Below, piece after piece: positions 15,541-30,166 of a DNA stretch of 64,000 nucleotides. The translations under genes were made by a program, and so were the position numbers. The stretch lies in assembly GCF_009914755.1 (NCBI RefSeq), contig NC_060930.1; one strand, 5' to 3'. The notes beneath the pieces are model-generated. The model did not search any database. It saw only the letters and a program-made list of their open reading frames with translations, and had not been told where the DNA came from. This DNA is from the human T2T-CHM13v2.0 reference genome, Homo sapiens. Each line of letters opens with the position of its first letter. Within the stretch, counting starts at the first letter, position 1.

Positions 15541-16319
15541 TAAAGCTCTCCCACTTGTGGGACATGAGTGGGTTGGAGGGTGCCATGAGAGGGAAGATAG
15601 TAGGAAGGCAGGCATGCGGTTCCACTTTAGGTTACTGAAACGAGGAAGTGGAACACAGATGGCCCGGGCTAAAACCAACTTTCTGCAAAGTCTGAGTTTC
15701 ACTCATTTAAACTAAAGGTCTGATAAGCACCAGACTACCAACGACCCCAAGGTGGGTTTTTGTGAAAACTTAGGTCAAGGAGAAAAGATTGTTGCCAATT
15801 TGCAACCAGTCAGCAGAGGCCAAACCTGAACAAAATACCACATCCACACGGGACTTCCAAAGTGGACCACTTCTGTTATTCCCTGACATTCTCCCTGACA
15901 GTCCAGCATCATGATGATATTTGGGAAAACCGAGGCATGGAGTGATTAAGAGGATTATATAAGGTTGCATTGCTAGTTAGCAACAGAGCCATTGATTTAA
16001 TTCTGACTTTCTTTTGGGGGGAACATTTAGAGAAATAGGATATAGCAAGTATTTAGTCTAGAGACTCAGAGACACAGATTGGGTTCTGCACCTTGCTGCT
16101 GGATCCAGGCTGATGGCAGGAGGTGGAGGCCACCAGGGCTGCCCCAGATGAAACTTTCAAAGCCAGGTGTGTGTTCAGTGGTACTCCTGTGGGGATGACG
16201 GTGGGAAGCTCGCACCTCCCTCTCACGGTCAAGAACCTCCCTGAAGATGGGAGATTGGACTGTTGAATCCTGCACCTTTGGCAGCCCCTTGGTCTTGATG
16301 TAATTGTTTGTTTCCTTAG

Positions 16320-16335
16320 GTTTCACCGACCTTAA
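16320..16335 (+). CDS. PHACTR1: PHACTR1 last coding exon portion ((R)FHRP-stop)
   Basis: tttccttAG|G TTT CAC CGA CCT TAA; the conserved Phactr C-terminus RFHRP. Confidence 0.97.
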
Positions 16336-17369
16336 CAGTCGAATTCCTCTTGAGTGCTATGCTGTCTTCAAAACATAAATTTATAAGAACCATAAGTGCT
16401 GGTATTTATTCACTTCCCCATTACGATGTAAATCTTCTGAACTGCCTTTTTTTTAAAAAGAAGAAAAATCAAGGAAACACAATCAGGATTTTATGTGTGA
16501 AAACGCAAAAGTGATGGCTCGGCGGTCCGAGCTGCTGGTCCCACTTCTGACACCAAAATGCATCCCAACCCCCGGCAGTGCCAAGGGCACCAGCAGGGCC
16601 CTGACTGAAGACTGTCTGGCAGGTGGAACGGTCCTTGTCCTCTCCAGCCAGGCCCAGCAGGCACTACCTTCATAAGTCTCCAGCAAACCTCTTCCTCACA
16701 AGTGTCTGTCATCTGAGTCCAAAGAAAGCTGAAGGGGTGGGTTTGTTTTGGGGGTACTGTGCAAAGCTAATGATCTGGTTGGACTTCTACACTTGGCCAA
16801 ATGTACTGGCTCCAGACATGACATTTGGTTTGGGGGCCCTTTGAAGTTGATGCCAAGAAGGAGTGAACACTTCTCAGTTGCCCCTGGCTTTTCCCTCCTT
16901 TCAGCCACCACCCACACAATGAACAAAAGGGAAGGGCCCATTTCTGGGGGAGTCTGGCTGCCTCTTGGCTACGAAGGCTGGCACTGAGCACCCATCCTGC
17001 TCCCTCTGCCTGAGCTGAGCTGCCTTTCAGGAAGCTCTGGTTTAGAAGGGGAAAGATGTCATATGCTCAGTTCAAATAATCAACCCAACTGTGTCCAGAG
17101 TGTCCAGTGTCATGAGTGACCCACGCACACACACAGCCATTGCTAAGGTACTCCTGTGCTGTTTATAAGTCTGAGTGGGAGGACCCTATTGAATCCTGTG
17201 GGGTCAGAAACTGCTTGGCTGACATTTATTTTCTCTGTGCGCCTTGAAGCTGATTATATGGCTTGGGAGTTCTTAGCTTCTGTGTATAGGACCAGTGCAT
17301 GCAGGCCAGAAACCACTCCTGTAGGACTGGCTTTCCAGCCACTGAGGGACTTGGAACCACTCCATGGCC

Positions 17370-17409
<40 letters not shown>

Positions 17410-19700
17410 ACTGAAGAGTTTCTGTGAAGGAGCCCCAGAGTTGGGAATGTGCCAGAATCAGGCCAACACCAGCCACACCTGTCCACAGTGCCCCTTCCTG
17501 CTCCAGTTGATCCAGAGAGCTCCTCCCTCTACCCTCATGATGCCAGGGAGCGTGATTGTGGGTGTGTCTCTGACTGGGACACCCAGGATAGGGTGTGCAA
17601 TGAGGCCAGGACCCTCCTAAACCCTAACAGCATCCTAACGAGGCCCATTGCAGCTTTCGATTTCCTTCGTAACAGAGCTCGCAGGCCCTCAGTTGCAGAG
17701 CTCTCACCTTCTGGAGTGACTCCATCGTTACTCCAGTCTTTCTAGGTGGTGGAACACTCCACCACACATGCCATTTAGAAAGACGCCAGCTTGGCCTTTC
17801 CAAAAAGTTAACCAGTCGTCTCCCCACCACAAACCCTGTGGGAGCAGGTTACTCTTAGGATGCACACCCGTCAACGAGGCCATTGCATTTTTTTGCAGGC
17901 ATGAACGGCTCCCATCTAGGCACTAACCCAGGAGCCAAACAACTGCTGGGGAGAGTTCAGGGCAGCTCTTTGGGCGGTGCCTCCAGCTGCAGCTTTGCCT
18001 TGCCACCTGGAGCCAGCACGCCTCTGCCCGACCCAAGGAGGATGCCATCACTAGATCCTATTTTTTTTTTTTTTTTTAACTCTTGAATCTGAATAGTTCC
18101 TGCCGTGGGGAGAGGTATTGTTCAGGGAAAATGTGATCGGGATTTTAGTGTGGCTGTAAACACAGTCTTCCCGAAAGGCTTACTGACGTTTGAATGTGCA
18201 AATGGTATGACGAAAGATGTAGGGCTCTTTCGTTGAACTTCTCTACGGCGGGCGGGCGGACACGTGTTCCAGGTGGACTTGCCTGCCGGCCAGGCTTTGA
18301 GTCTGAACTTCCTCTAACTGCAGCTGGGCTCCTGGCACATGCGGTGCCCTGGCATGATGGTCCTCCCTGGCCAGGAGCGAGTCCTAAGGAAATTCATTCC
18401 ATTGACCGGACTCCTCCCATGATAGGCCCATGGCTTCTCTGCTGGCCTTAGTTCTTGGCCCTTCAGATTCCCTGGGGATATAAGGCCCAAGCGGATCTCC
18501 CTGCAGCCAGCCAGCAGACAGCCCAGGGTTTCCGCCCAAAGTGCCCTCATGTTGCAGTCCACTTTGTGCATGGAAGATATTGAACACAATTTCCACTGCT
18601 CTTCCTGCAGGGCCTCCTTTCCAGCAGTCACTTGCTCAGACTGAGGGGTGCACCTCCCCTGCCATTGACAGGTCCTGCGCCTTCAGGATGGGCTATTTCA
18701 AGCCCGTTTTAAGTGGCTCTTACACAGGCTCAGCAACCTCTGTGGCCTGCAGGATGGGCCTTCTGCTGTCTCTTTCCTTTCTTAAAACCTTAAGGTCTTT
18801 CTAGAGACCTATTCAATTTTCTTTTTTTTTTTTTTTCACTACAATGTCATGACAACTGCAGCAATTTGTGTTACTTTCCAAGATGACAATTTGACATTAA
18901 TTAAGGGAAAAAATAAAAAGGTGAGCTAGATGACTTAAAATGCATCTCTTTTTTGAAAAAGCTGTAGCTGGCAAGTCAAAGTTTATTTTATGTGTGTAAA
19001 TTCCCAGTTGAGCATTTTTTCATTTGGATTAGCGTGAGAGGAAAAAATGTGAAATGTCTCAAATCAAATGCTTCCTTCTAAAGATTAGACATTGCCCAAC
19101 CCTGCCCCCGCCCCCAATCAATCAGTGACAGAAGAGACCGCCATCAGCCAACTAGCTTTTTTTAAATGGCTGATATATTCATCTCTAAAGGCCCTCAAAG
19201 CACTGTAAAACTTTTAAAACTTTAGCCTTTATGTCAGATTAGAGAAACCAAACAACGTGACGGTACATGTGATGAAAAGCTCTGGGTTTATTTTTCTCCC
19301 GCTTATGAACATGTATTTTTATTTGCCGAATGAAAATCGTGGTGTGTTGCTTTGATGAATGGAATTTCAGGCTCTCCCTGTGCACAGCCGGTGGGCAAAG
19401 GTCACCTTAAATGACTTTTTCTCCCTATCTGTCTGTTAATCCCCAGACCGGTTGCATTTTCCAGTTGCTTCCTGGGTGTCTGTACATAGTTTGTCTTTGT
19501 ATAGGAGTGAGTGTGGTGACCGTCAATCCCCTAATCTCCCAGGTTCTAATTTAACAGATGATGGCTGTATGAGGAAAACGATGTAAATAGAGAATACAAA
19601 TTAAACTGGATCTCTGTGGCCTAGGTTTTGTACATACAGAAACTGCATGGTATTTAAATTATTGTTTGTCTCTGATGATGTATGCAGTTTCTTTAAAAAC
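16336..19700 (+). other. PHACTR1: PHACTR1 3' UTR (long form; end approximate)
   Basis: Follows the stop codon; no Alus for ~3.6 kb; U-rich distal block with Pumilio elements. Candidate poly(A) signals AATAAA 18912-18917 and ATTAAA 19600-19605. Confidence 0.6.
17374..17407. repeat. Long poly(T) tract in the PHACTR1 3' UTR
   Basis: About 30+ consecutive T, not attached to an Alu body. Confidence 0.9.
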
Positions 19701-19958
19701 AAACCAAAAAAAAGTAAAAAAAAAAAAAAAAAAATTCTTGACTCTTGTGTGTTTTGTTATCAACCAGCAGCAGAAACCACCAAAAATGCTTTGACTGGGA
19801 AAGGGAGGTTGCAGGAATGGGAGAGGTCAGCTCATCTGCAAAATACATAGTGAGAGTGAGTGGACATACGGGACAACCGCATGTCTCCTCTGGTATTATT
19901 GGGGGAAGGAAGTATTGTAGCACATACATTAACTTTCTAGAAGACTTTTGTGTACTAG

Positions 19959-20265
<307 letters not shown>

Positions 20266-20324
20266 TTCCTCAACATTTTTATAAGAATATCTAAAATGTC
20301 AACTGTCCTTTTAACGATCTGGGA

Positions 20325-20585
20325 AGGCTGGAGATCTTGGCTCACTGCAACCTCCGCCTCCCTGGTTCAAGTGATTCTCCTGCCTCAGCCTCCCGGGTAG
20401 CTGTGACTAGAGGTGTGCACCACCACACCTGGCTATTTTTTTTTTTTTTTTTGCATTTTATTTTTAGTAGAAACAGGGTTTCACCATGTTGGCCAGGCTG
20501 GTCTCAAACTCCTGGCCTCAGGCGATCCACCCTCCTCGGCCTCCCAAAATGCTGAGATTACAGGTGTGAGCCACCGTGCCTGGCC
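20325..20585 (-). mobile_element. Alu lacking its tail
   Basis: GGCTCACTGCAACCTCCGCCTCC...CCACCGTGCCTGGCC. Confidence 0.9.
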
Positions 20586-20789
20586 TCTATCTCCGTTCTT
20601 GAGAAGCCTGAGTATTTGATGTATAAAGCAAAGAACTGCATTGCATAACCTTCTGGTTACTACTTGTCTTTGAAGGCTTTCAGCGGAAGCAGAGGGGCTG
20701 CATTTTAGGTGGGGGACGTTGCTGGGTAGCATATCCTTCGTCCAGCAGCGTAGAAAGGCTGTTCTGGTAAAGGGCAACCTCGTGCCGTG

Positions 20790-20945
20790 CTGCTCAAACC
20801 ACCTTGCCTAGGAATCACCTGGGGGTCTCGTTAACATGCAAGTACTGAGCCAGCAGGTCTGAACAGGGCCTGGGAGTCTGCATTTCTAATAAGCTCTCAG
20901 GGCCTGCTGATGCTGCTGGTCCAGGAATCCCACTTCTGAGTCTCA
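20790..20945. mobile_element. MER5A-like hAT-Charlie MITE
   Basis: GGAATCACCTGGGG...GGGCCTGGGAGTCTGCATTTCTAATAAGCTC...TGATGCTGCTGGTCC. Confidence 0.7.
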
Positions 20946-21167
20946 AAGGCTGGGAGAAGAATCCCCAAAGGGAGCCACCTCTCCTTTGCCTGAGATCTCT
21001 GAGTGCCCCCATGTACTGCTCATATCTTTGCTGGGAAGCAGCAGTGAAGCCCTCCTGGATGTTCAGGTCCTGCAGTATTTGCATCAGAGTATCTGTGCCC
21101 AGAGCTCTCACCTGTGCAGCCAGGGGGCCCCTGGAGCAGCAGTGGCTATGACAGAAGGGGCAAGTAG

Positions 21168-21529
<362 letters not shown>

Positions 21530-22431
21530 GCTCTCTGACTTTTGATAAATTAATCTGAGAACTTGATTGCAAGTTTTAGGGCAGTGAAAGGACAAGAAAG
21601 AAACAGCTTTGATAAAACTCCTAGCAGACTGCCTGGCAAGAGGGAAGGAAACTGGCCATAATCCTGCTACGGAGGGAGCCCTTTCCCAAGGAAACAAAGG
21701 TTGTGGCTACACATTCTCTCTCTGCAGGAAGGGGCAGCCTGGTGTGTCTATCGCATCTGTTTATCTGGGCCTCAATTTCCTCATATGGAAAACAGAGACA
21801 GTGAATTAGATGTTCCTAATATTCTTTGGAGCATCAACTTGTCCATGATTTGGGAATACTGGCATTTTTAAAACATTCAACTTAGTTATTAAGAAAGAGT
21901 TAACTTTAAAGCAAGTCCGGCTGAGGCCTGTCTCTAACAGTTTAGATTCCTCTCCTTCAGGTCACCACAAATCTGCCATCTGTCCCTGCAGTCCCTCCCT
22001 GCCATGCACTGCCCTCCTGGAGAGCTGGGTGGCCCTGGGACCTACCCTCCCAAGTGCCTTCATGGGGCCTCATCCCGAAGCCGCCATCAATCAGGTTATC
22101 TGACATCCTTCTGCCTCTCCCTGCCTTTGGGCAAAACACCCTGGAGTGCTCTTGGGTCTTGATGGGTGATGTCTACGACACAATGCTTTGTCCCCTACAG
22201 CATCGCAGGTTTGAGGGTGCTCTGCGGATGTAGCTACTTAACCTGTTAAGCCAAAGGACACGTTTGACTTGTTTGACTCGGCAAACGCTCCCTGGCTCAC
22301 TCTCCACAGGTCCTAAGTGATCTCCTCCACGGGTGTGGCTTCAGATGACTCCCTGTCTATGGCTGTAGCTCAGATCTGTCCCAAGCCCCTGGCCCAGGTT
22401 TTCTAAAAAGCAGCAGGGTATCGTAGAGTGT

Positions 22432-23073
<642 letters not shown>

Positions 23074-23649
23074 CTAATTTTTGAAAAAGGTTCTCCCACC
23101 TGGATGACGGCAGCCATGATCTTTCTGCCTGTGGCCTCAGCATCCAGTCCTGCCATGAGAGTCATGTCTCCCAACTCAGATGGGCTCACCCCACCCTCCC
23201 TCTTGGTACCTGCCTCCACTGTCTTACCCATCAAGCCCCACTCTGCAGTGTGGCATCCGTAGTGACAGTGTGGCCCTTGCTCACTTCCGCCAGCCTCACC
23301 TCCTGTCCCCTGCTACATCACTCTGCTCAGGCTTCCCAAGCAGACCCTTCTGGTGCGTGTGACCTGGGAGTCCTGTGAGGGATGCTATTGATGTGGCCAT
23401 GTTGTGGTGACCACCTCAGGGACAATCAGGGTTTAACAAGGGCCCTCGGGCACTGAGCAACTAAGCTTTCCTGAAAGGAGTCCAAGAGAGGTCTCATGTA
23501 GGCAACCTTGGAACTCAATGAGAAGCATACAAAGAAAAAAAAAGTATGAACAAATAGCTGTCTCTTCTGACACCTGGCAGGTGGCGGCCCTGATTTCTAA
23601 CTCTGGCTACCTGGTCACTTGATCCCTACCAACAGCACCACTAACAGCT

Positions 23650-23860
23650 CCCACACAGTAAACACTTACCGTACCCCAGGCACTCTGTTAGGCCATCTTC
23701 ATGCACCATTTTCTTTAACCCTTACGACACCTTGGTCACCGATGAGGAAACTCAGGTCCCCAAACAACAACGTGGGCAAAGTCACACAGATGGTAAGTGG
23801 CGGAGGGGCTTCCAAACCCAGGTCTGCCTGACTCTAAGGCAATGCCCTTAACCTCCCTGC
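23650..23860 (-). mobile_element. MIR
   Basis: CCAGGCACTCTGTTAGG...GATGAGGAAACTCAGG...AAGTCACACAGATGGTAAGTGGCGGAG...CCCAGGTCTGCCTGACTCTAAG. Confidence 0.7.
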
Positions 23861-26462
23861 TACGCTGACGTGTCATGGCTTTCCCTCTACCTTCTTGAGT
23901 TCACACTTCCTCAGCATCCATCCAGTTATCCCATTTGCCTGTCTTGAGTGATTACATAGTTTTCTGACACTGAGGATCACAGACGGAAAGATCATGGACT
24001 GCCTCCAAGCCCCGGCTTCCAGCTCCTCCCTCTCACCTCTCATGCACAACTTTGTCTGTGATTAAGCTGAGTCTCCCGCTTCTCCACTCCGTGGGGACCT
24101 CCCACAAGCATTTGACAGTCAGCCAACATTTATGCCTTCCTGCAAGGGAAGCAGAAGTCACGAATGAGGCACTTGTACAGTGTGGGTCCTACCTAGAGCT
24201 GTTGCAAAGGCAGGAAGAGAAGGGCATGCTACCTAATGAGAGAGAAGAACACCAGACACTTCATCGTGTGTGAGCGTCCAGTCCCTTACCTAGAGGCTAT
24301 TTTCTGGGGGGGAAAAGGGTTCTGCTCCTAATCAAATAATGCTCTCCACATTTCATAATAGGGAGCCATGATCATCCACTATTTCCATGGGCAACACTGC
24401 AGAGGAAGGCAAAGGGCTCTCATTAATTAAACTAATGAATTCATCTGCAGGAGACAGGAAGAGTAAACCACGGAAACAGAATTGACTAATTCTTCTTCCG
24501 TTAAGATGCACCTACCCTGAGCCCGAATTCCAGAACTGGTTCCCTTCCTCATCCATGATGAAGACGCTGCGGCTCATGTGGTCACAAAGGCTTGGTGTTT
24601 CCTATGTGGAGATACCATTGCTGTTCTACCTTTAATCAACAAAACAAAACAAAACAAAAACGAGAAAGAGAAATGGTAGAGGGAGGGAGGAAAATGCTGT
24701 CTGTTCCTTAATCACCAATCACCAACCTGGAGTGGTCACTGACACCTTGTCCAGTGTGGCAGGGGGTCCCTGGGGTCCATGGTCCTGGGGTCCATTCAGA
24801 GCCCCCACCCAGAAGAGGACAAGCCAGTCTTCAGCTACACAGGTAAAAAAACACTTCACACATGGATTGAACTTCTTATCTCAGACAGTCCTGACCAGGG
24901 ACGGCATCAGAGTAAAGGCTTTGGTCTCACGCAGCAACCCTGTGGCCAGTCCCCGCAGTGTGGCAGGCCTGCCACTGTGCGACCGAGGCCGTCATGCATG
25001 AAGCACATCTGGGGCTTTATGGCTCAACACCTGAGCCTCCTGGAAGGCCTTGGCCGCCTCACTGAAGCCCCAGCGTACCGGCTCTGCAAGGCCCTGGGGT
25101 TAAAATAGCAAAAATGCCATCTGGCAAGAGGCTGGCTTTGTTCAGACTGTGTGCTGCGTTGTCGCTGGGGTGGTGGGGACATTTTCCAAGCCACCATTAG
25201 AATATGAGCTGTCACCTGGGCGAGCCCCACTCCCCCATGCCCCCAGCCCGCTCGTCAGCATCCACGCAATCATGGCAGGAGCCCCTGTGGCAGCTGAGCC
25301 ACCTTGGGTTTTCCTCAATTCCATCTCACTGACTTGGTGATGACAGCCCCAAAGCAGGCAGGACAAATCCCCTCTTTCTTCCTAGAAAAGTACCTGAAAT
25401 AACACGCTCATTGTTAGACTCCAGGAGTTGGTGCTGAGGAAGGGTCCTTGGGGCTGGGACACGGAGAACAGCCACCGGTCACTGTAGACCCTTTTGTCCT
25501 GGCTGCCTTTCCCCTCTATTGGCACATGTTCCTTTTCCATCAAAAATTTAGTTACAATTATTTTTTTAAAATAAGAAGACCAGAAAGAACACACAGGGCT
25601 GACTGCCTTTTGTAGGACAAAACTCGAACAGGGAAATTTAACTTGCGTGTAACATGCACACCCAGACGACCTTATTTCAATCATACCCAATTTTAAAATC
25701 CAGGAACCGGCCACAGTAAGGAAAGGCAGGCATGTTTCAGGCTGTCCAGCAGCTGGGCAGAAAAACGGAGACCCACTGGGCCAAACAGTGAGAGGCTCCA
25801 ATTGAGCCATCCTAGTTCAGGTCTCCCTAGTGACCCCCCTCTGTGCGGGGAGGTAAGTGCGTCTCTTGATATTTTTAGTTCACTGTAAAGACATGGTTTT
25901 TGCCCTCCAGGAATCAGCTAGCTATGCATGAGCGGAAACCCTGCAGGTGCCGAACGTAACTGATTGGAGTGGGGAGGAGGGGAAGGACAAAGAGTGACAG
26001 CTTCAGGTTTGGAGAGTAGTTGAGTGATATTAGAAGCAAAAAGCATCTCTGATTTGGACAGCAGAGGTGTGCACAGTTCTGCTGTGGTTTCAATCTTACT
26101 ATAGGCCCCAGTCAACAGGACAGCACAAATGCTCTTTTTTTGACCGGACATTCGGCTGGCTCAGAGCAAGTAGCGGGGTAGAGTCACTTAGATTTCAGCA
26201 GCAAAGCTGTGCGGGGAGGCAAGATGCTGCCTGGGCTGCCTCCCCGGCCTCAGCATCATGCCTAGGTGGAGGAAGACGCCAAGGCAGGTTTCTTGAGCCC
26301 AGTGGAAAGCTGCTTGTGCTGCCCCCAGCTCCCTCCCAACAAAACCAAAGGCCATTCATGCTAAAAGGGTCACTTAGTCCAAACCTTCTGGTCACAACAG
26401 AGGAAGGTGCTCTGCTGCCCTCAGCACACCAAGGGGGGACACCCCTAAAGAAAGCACTAGAA

Positions 26463-26752
<290 letters not shown>

Positions 26753-27149
26753 TTTTTTTAAAGCAAGCAAGGACTAGAAGCTGCACTGCTGCCAGCACCC
26801 AAGCTTCACCCCACGGGGCCCCTCCTTGCTGCATTAGCACTGGCCACTGCATCACATCCCCACACCATCATCCTGAGACACCCCTGCCCCCAGCACCAGC
26901 GGAATGAGTTTTGCACCCCAGCACTGTGCTGGTCACTTTCATCTCTCATCCCCGTTTTACAGATGAAGGGGCTGAGGCCAAGAAAAAACAGTCACACAGT
27001 TAGTAGCAGAGATGAGCAAAGAACTCTCAATCCAGTTCCCTTGACCCTATACCACTAGTGAATCCCAGAAAGGGCAGTCAGAAAGATGATGGTTTTAGAC
27101 ATAGATTTAAACCCATATCTGCCTTGCTAATCTGCATCTGCTCTGGTGG

Positions 27150-27667
27150 TGTCAGTTAGCATTAGGTCTAACAGTCTTCACATAACCAAAAACTCAAATA
27201 ATAGTGGCTGAAACAAATCGGGATTTTTTAAAATGTAAAGGCAGTCTGGAATGAAGCAGAAAAGAGCGTGTGTGGTAGTGACACCATCAATGTGTAGCTC
27301 TATTTTTCGGCCCCACCATCCTTATCATGTGGCTTCCATTCTTGATGTTGCCCCACATTCCAAGATAGCTGCTGAAGCTCCTGCCATTATGGATGTGTTC
27401 CACGCAGAAAGTAAGAGGAAATACCAGGAAGAGGAAATTTACCTGCCAGCTGAATAAATTCTCTTTAAAAACCTTTTCTGGAAGTCCTACCTAATGACTT
27501 TACCTTCCATCTTATTGGCCATTCCTTTCAGCAAGAGGGCCTGGGGAATAAGGTATGTTAACACACTCCTGCCTCAAATAAAATTGGGGTGTCGTTAGTA
27601 AGGAAGAGAGAGGATGAAGAATGAGTAGGCAACTATAAGGTAGTTGGTAGTTGGTGAGCTGCCACAG
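27150..27667 (-). mobile_element. Old MaLR LTR (MLT1J-like)
   Basis: TGTCAGTTAGCATTAGG...AGTGGCTGAAACAA...CCAAGATAGCTGCTGAAGCTCC...GTAGGCAAC...CTGCCACA. Confidence 0.55.
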
Positions 27668-27947
27668 AGCTGTCCTTGGTAATGAGCTGATTTGTAATAC
27701 GGTTAGAGTGACACCACTTCCTAGCATGGAAAGGGAACAATTTGTGGAAAACATTCACATTTCAGTATCAAGATTTTATTCCAGGTTTGATAAACTATTC
27801 CAGTGATTTATAAACTTTAGCAATAGCTTAGAAACGAGGTCAGACTAGCTTAAAAATGAGAAAAAGGCACAGGCAAGTGGCATATTTCTTTCTTTTGCAA
27901 TCAGCATTAAACCTGTCATCATTAGGTGAAATCTACATTCCCTGGGC

Positions 27948-28111
27948 CCTTGCTACTCAAACTGTGGTCCCCCTGGACAAGCAGCATCAGCATCATCACG
28001 GAACTTGTTAGAAATGCAGAAAGCCAGACCCACCCCAGACCTACAGACAGAATCTGCAGTTCACCAAGACCCCAGGGGCTCCCAAGGCACATTCAAGTTT
28101 AAGAAGCCCTG
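27948..28111. mobile_element. MER5A-like MITE
   Basis: CTACTCAAACTGTGGTCC...AGCAGCATCAGCATC...CTTGTTAGAAATGCAGA...AGTTTAAGAAGCCCTG. Confidence 0.7.
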
Positions 28112-29915
28112 TTCCAACGCAATGCCCTAAAGAGTCTGCAATGGGCCTCCACTCTCCTAAAAACCTCTTCTCAGGAAGCAGTGTGCTCTGGGACTCTTAG
28201 TCTTTGGTGAGACTCTGCATCACAGCGCCACTCTCTGAGGAGAATGCACATTAAAACACTTGTAGAACTATAATACCTAACATTTACCAACTTCTGTGCC
28301 AGACACTGGTCTAAGGATTTCACGTCTGTTTCTGTAGCTCATCCTTCTAACCACTCTGTGAAGTGGGAGCTCGTACTCTCATCCCCTCCCCTGGGGTACA
28401 AATAAGGACATGGTGCTGAGTTACCCAGCCAGCCAGCCAGCAATAGGTCCAAGCAGATGCTGCCTCTCTCGAATGTTTTGCCCAGATGGAGAGATTTTAA
28501 GGCTCAGAGAAAGATGGGTCAGTGTTTCCGAATGAGGGAGCAGCTTGGTGAAATACACTCTGGACAGGCAGCGGGGATGACTGGGTTCCAGAGCTTGCTC
28601 AGCTACTGGGACCTTGTATAAATAACTCACTAGACCACCTGGAACCTCACTTTTCTTATCTGTGTATGGAGTGATCTGCAAGCTCCCCTCCAGCTCTGAC
28701 GTCCCTCGGGTCCGGACGTGCCTTCCGTATGATCGGAAAATCAGTCAGCCTTAGCAGCTGCCTCCCCTAACTGGCTTTATTTAGGTTCACTCAACTGCCA
28801 CCCAGCCTGGCCACAGCCCAACTTGGTCTGGACACCCAGATGTTGGACACCCTGCAGGGAAACTATACACCCTCCTGAGCAATCAGAGACAAATAAACAC
28901 AGCTGCTGCCAGCGAAGCCCCCCAGTTGACCCAGGTGGAGGGGAAGGAGCTGGGCAAAGTCGACTTTCTGTAGACTTTCGGACTGAATTCGACTTGGTAT
29001 GAAAGTTCGCAAAGGGAGCACCTGGCCATGTGAGTCAGTTCACCAAGGCTGCTGGTGTGATATTACCCCTCTGCCCACCCTCGTCGGAAAGGGCTGGCTG
29101 CCCACCTGCCTGGCTGGCAGAAACCAGAAAGAAGTGGTGCAGGAAAAGTCACTGAGACTTAGTCGAGGTGGAAGGCTTCTTGTTACCCCCTGGCCCTTCT
29201 GCAGGGCATTTATCTGGTCAACAGATCTAAGTGGAGCGGAGAGTCTTTGAGAGTCTCTTCCCAGTTCACAGTGGACCTGTCCACCAGGCCCCTTGCTCAC
29301 CACTCCCTGCACTGCAGTAGACACAAGGGAGGCTCCTGGTGGCCCTGCGTCTGCTGTGGGATGCCTCCACCCACTAGGCTCTACATGATTGGCCCACAGG
29401 CAGCCCCAAGCCCAGGCCAGACCACAGCCTCTTTCCCATGGATTTAGGAATTGCGTCACGAAACTCTGTCTCCAGAGGCTGGACCTGTAATGTATACATT
29501 TAGCGTCTTAGGGTGGGGCATCTTCTACCAGAGTGATCCAGACTGCAGAGACACAGACTCTAGACAGAGCCCACACACTGTGTGGATCATAGATAAGAGG
29601 ACGAGAGGGTCCAGGGTCTCTTTAGTCCCATCCCAGACTCCAAGCCCTCCCTCTTTAGGTTCTCAGCCTCACCCCTGCATCCTATAATAAAATCTCCTTT
29701 AAGCAAGCGTGCTTCAGAACAACTCTATTACTTGTCAATGGAGGCGTCTTAATGCTGAACCAGGCCTTCCCATATTCAACAAATATTCATGAAGAGCCCA
29801 CGTGGGCTAGGAGATGTGCTTGACACTGGGGGAACGAAAAAAAGAATAAGTCATTACCACTAACCTCAAAGAGGTCACATAAATCTGGGACGTAAACAGA
29901 TCATTCTAAACCAAT

Positions 29916-30166
29916 GTATTAGTCTCAATGTTTGTCTTCCCCTAAAATGTGTGTGCTGAAATCCTAGCCCCCAGGGTGATGGTATTTGGAGGTGGGGCCT
30001 TTGGAAGGTGGTGAGGTCTTGGGGTGGTTCCTCATGCATGGGATTAGGACGCTTGTAACGGGCTGAAAGAGCAGAGTTCATTCCTTCCACCAGGACACAG
30101 CAGGAAGGCACCATCTATGAACCACACAGAGGGCCCTCGCCAGACACTGAATCTGCCAGTGCCTCG
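29916..30166 (+). mobile_element. MaLR LTR fragment (MLT1A-like)
   Basis: AATGTTTGTCTTCCCCTAAAAT...GAAATCCTAGCCCCCAGGGTGATGGTATTTGGAGGTGGGGCCTTTGG...GCCAGACACTGAATCTGCCAGTGCC. Confidence 0.75.
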
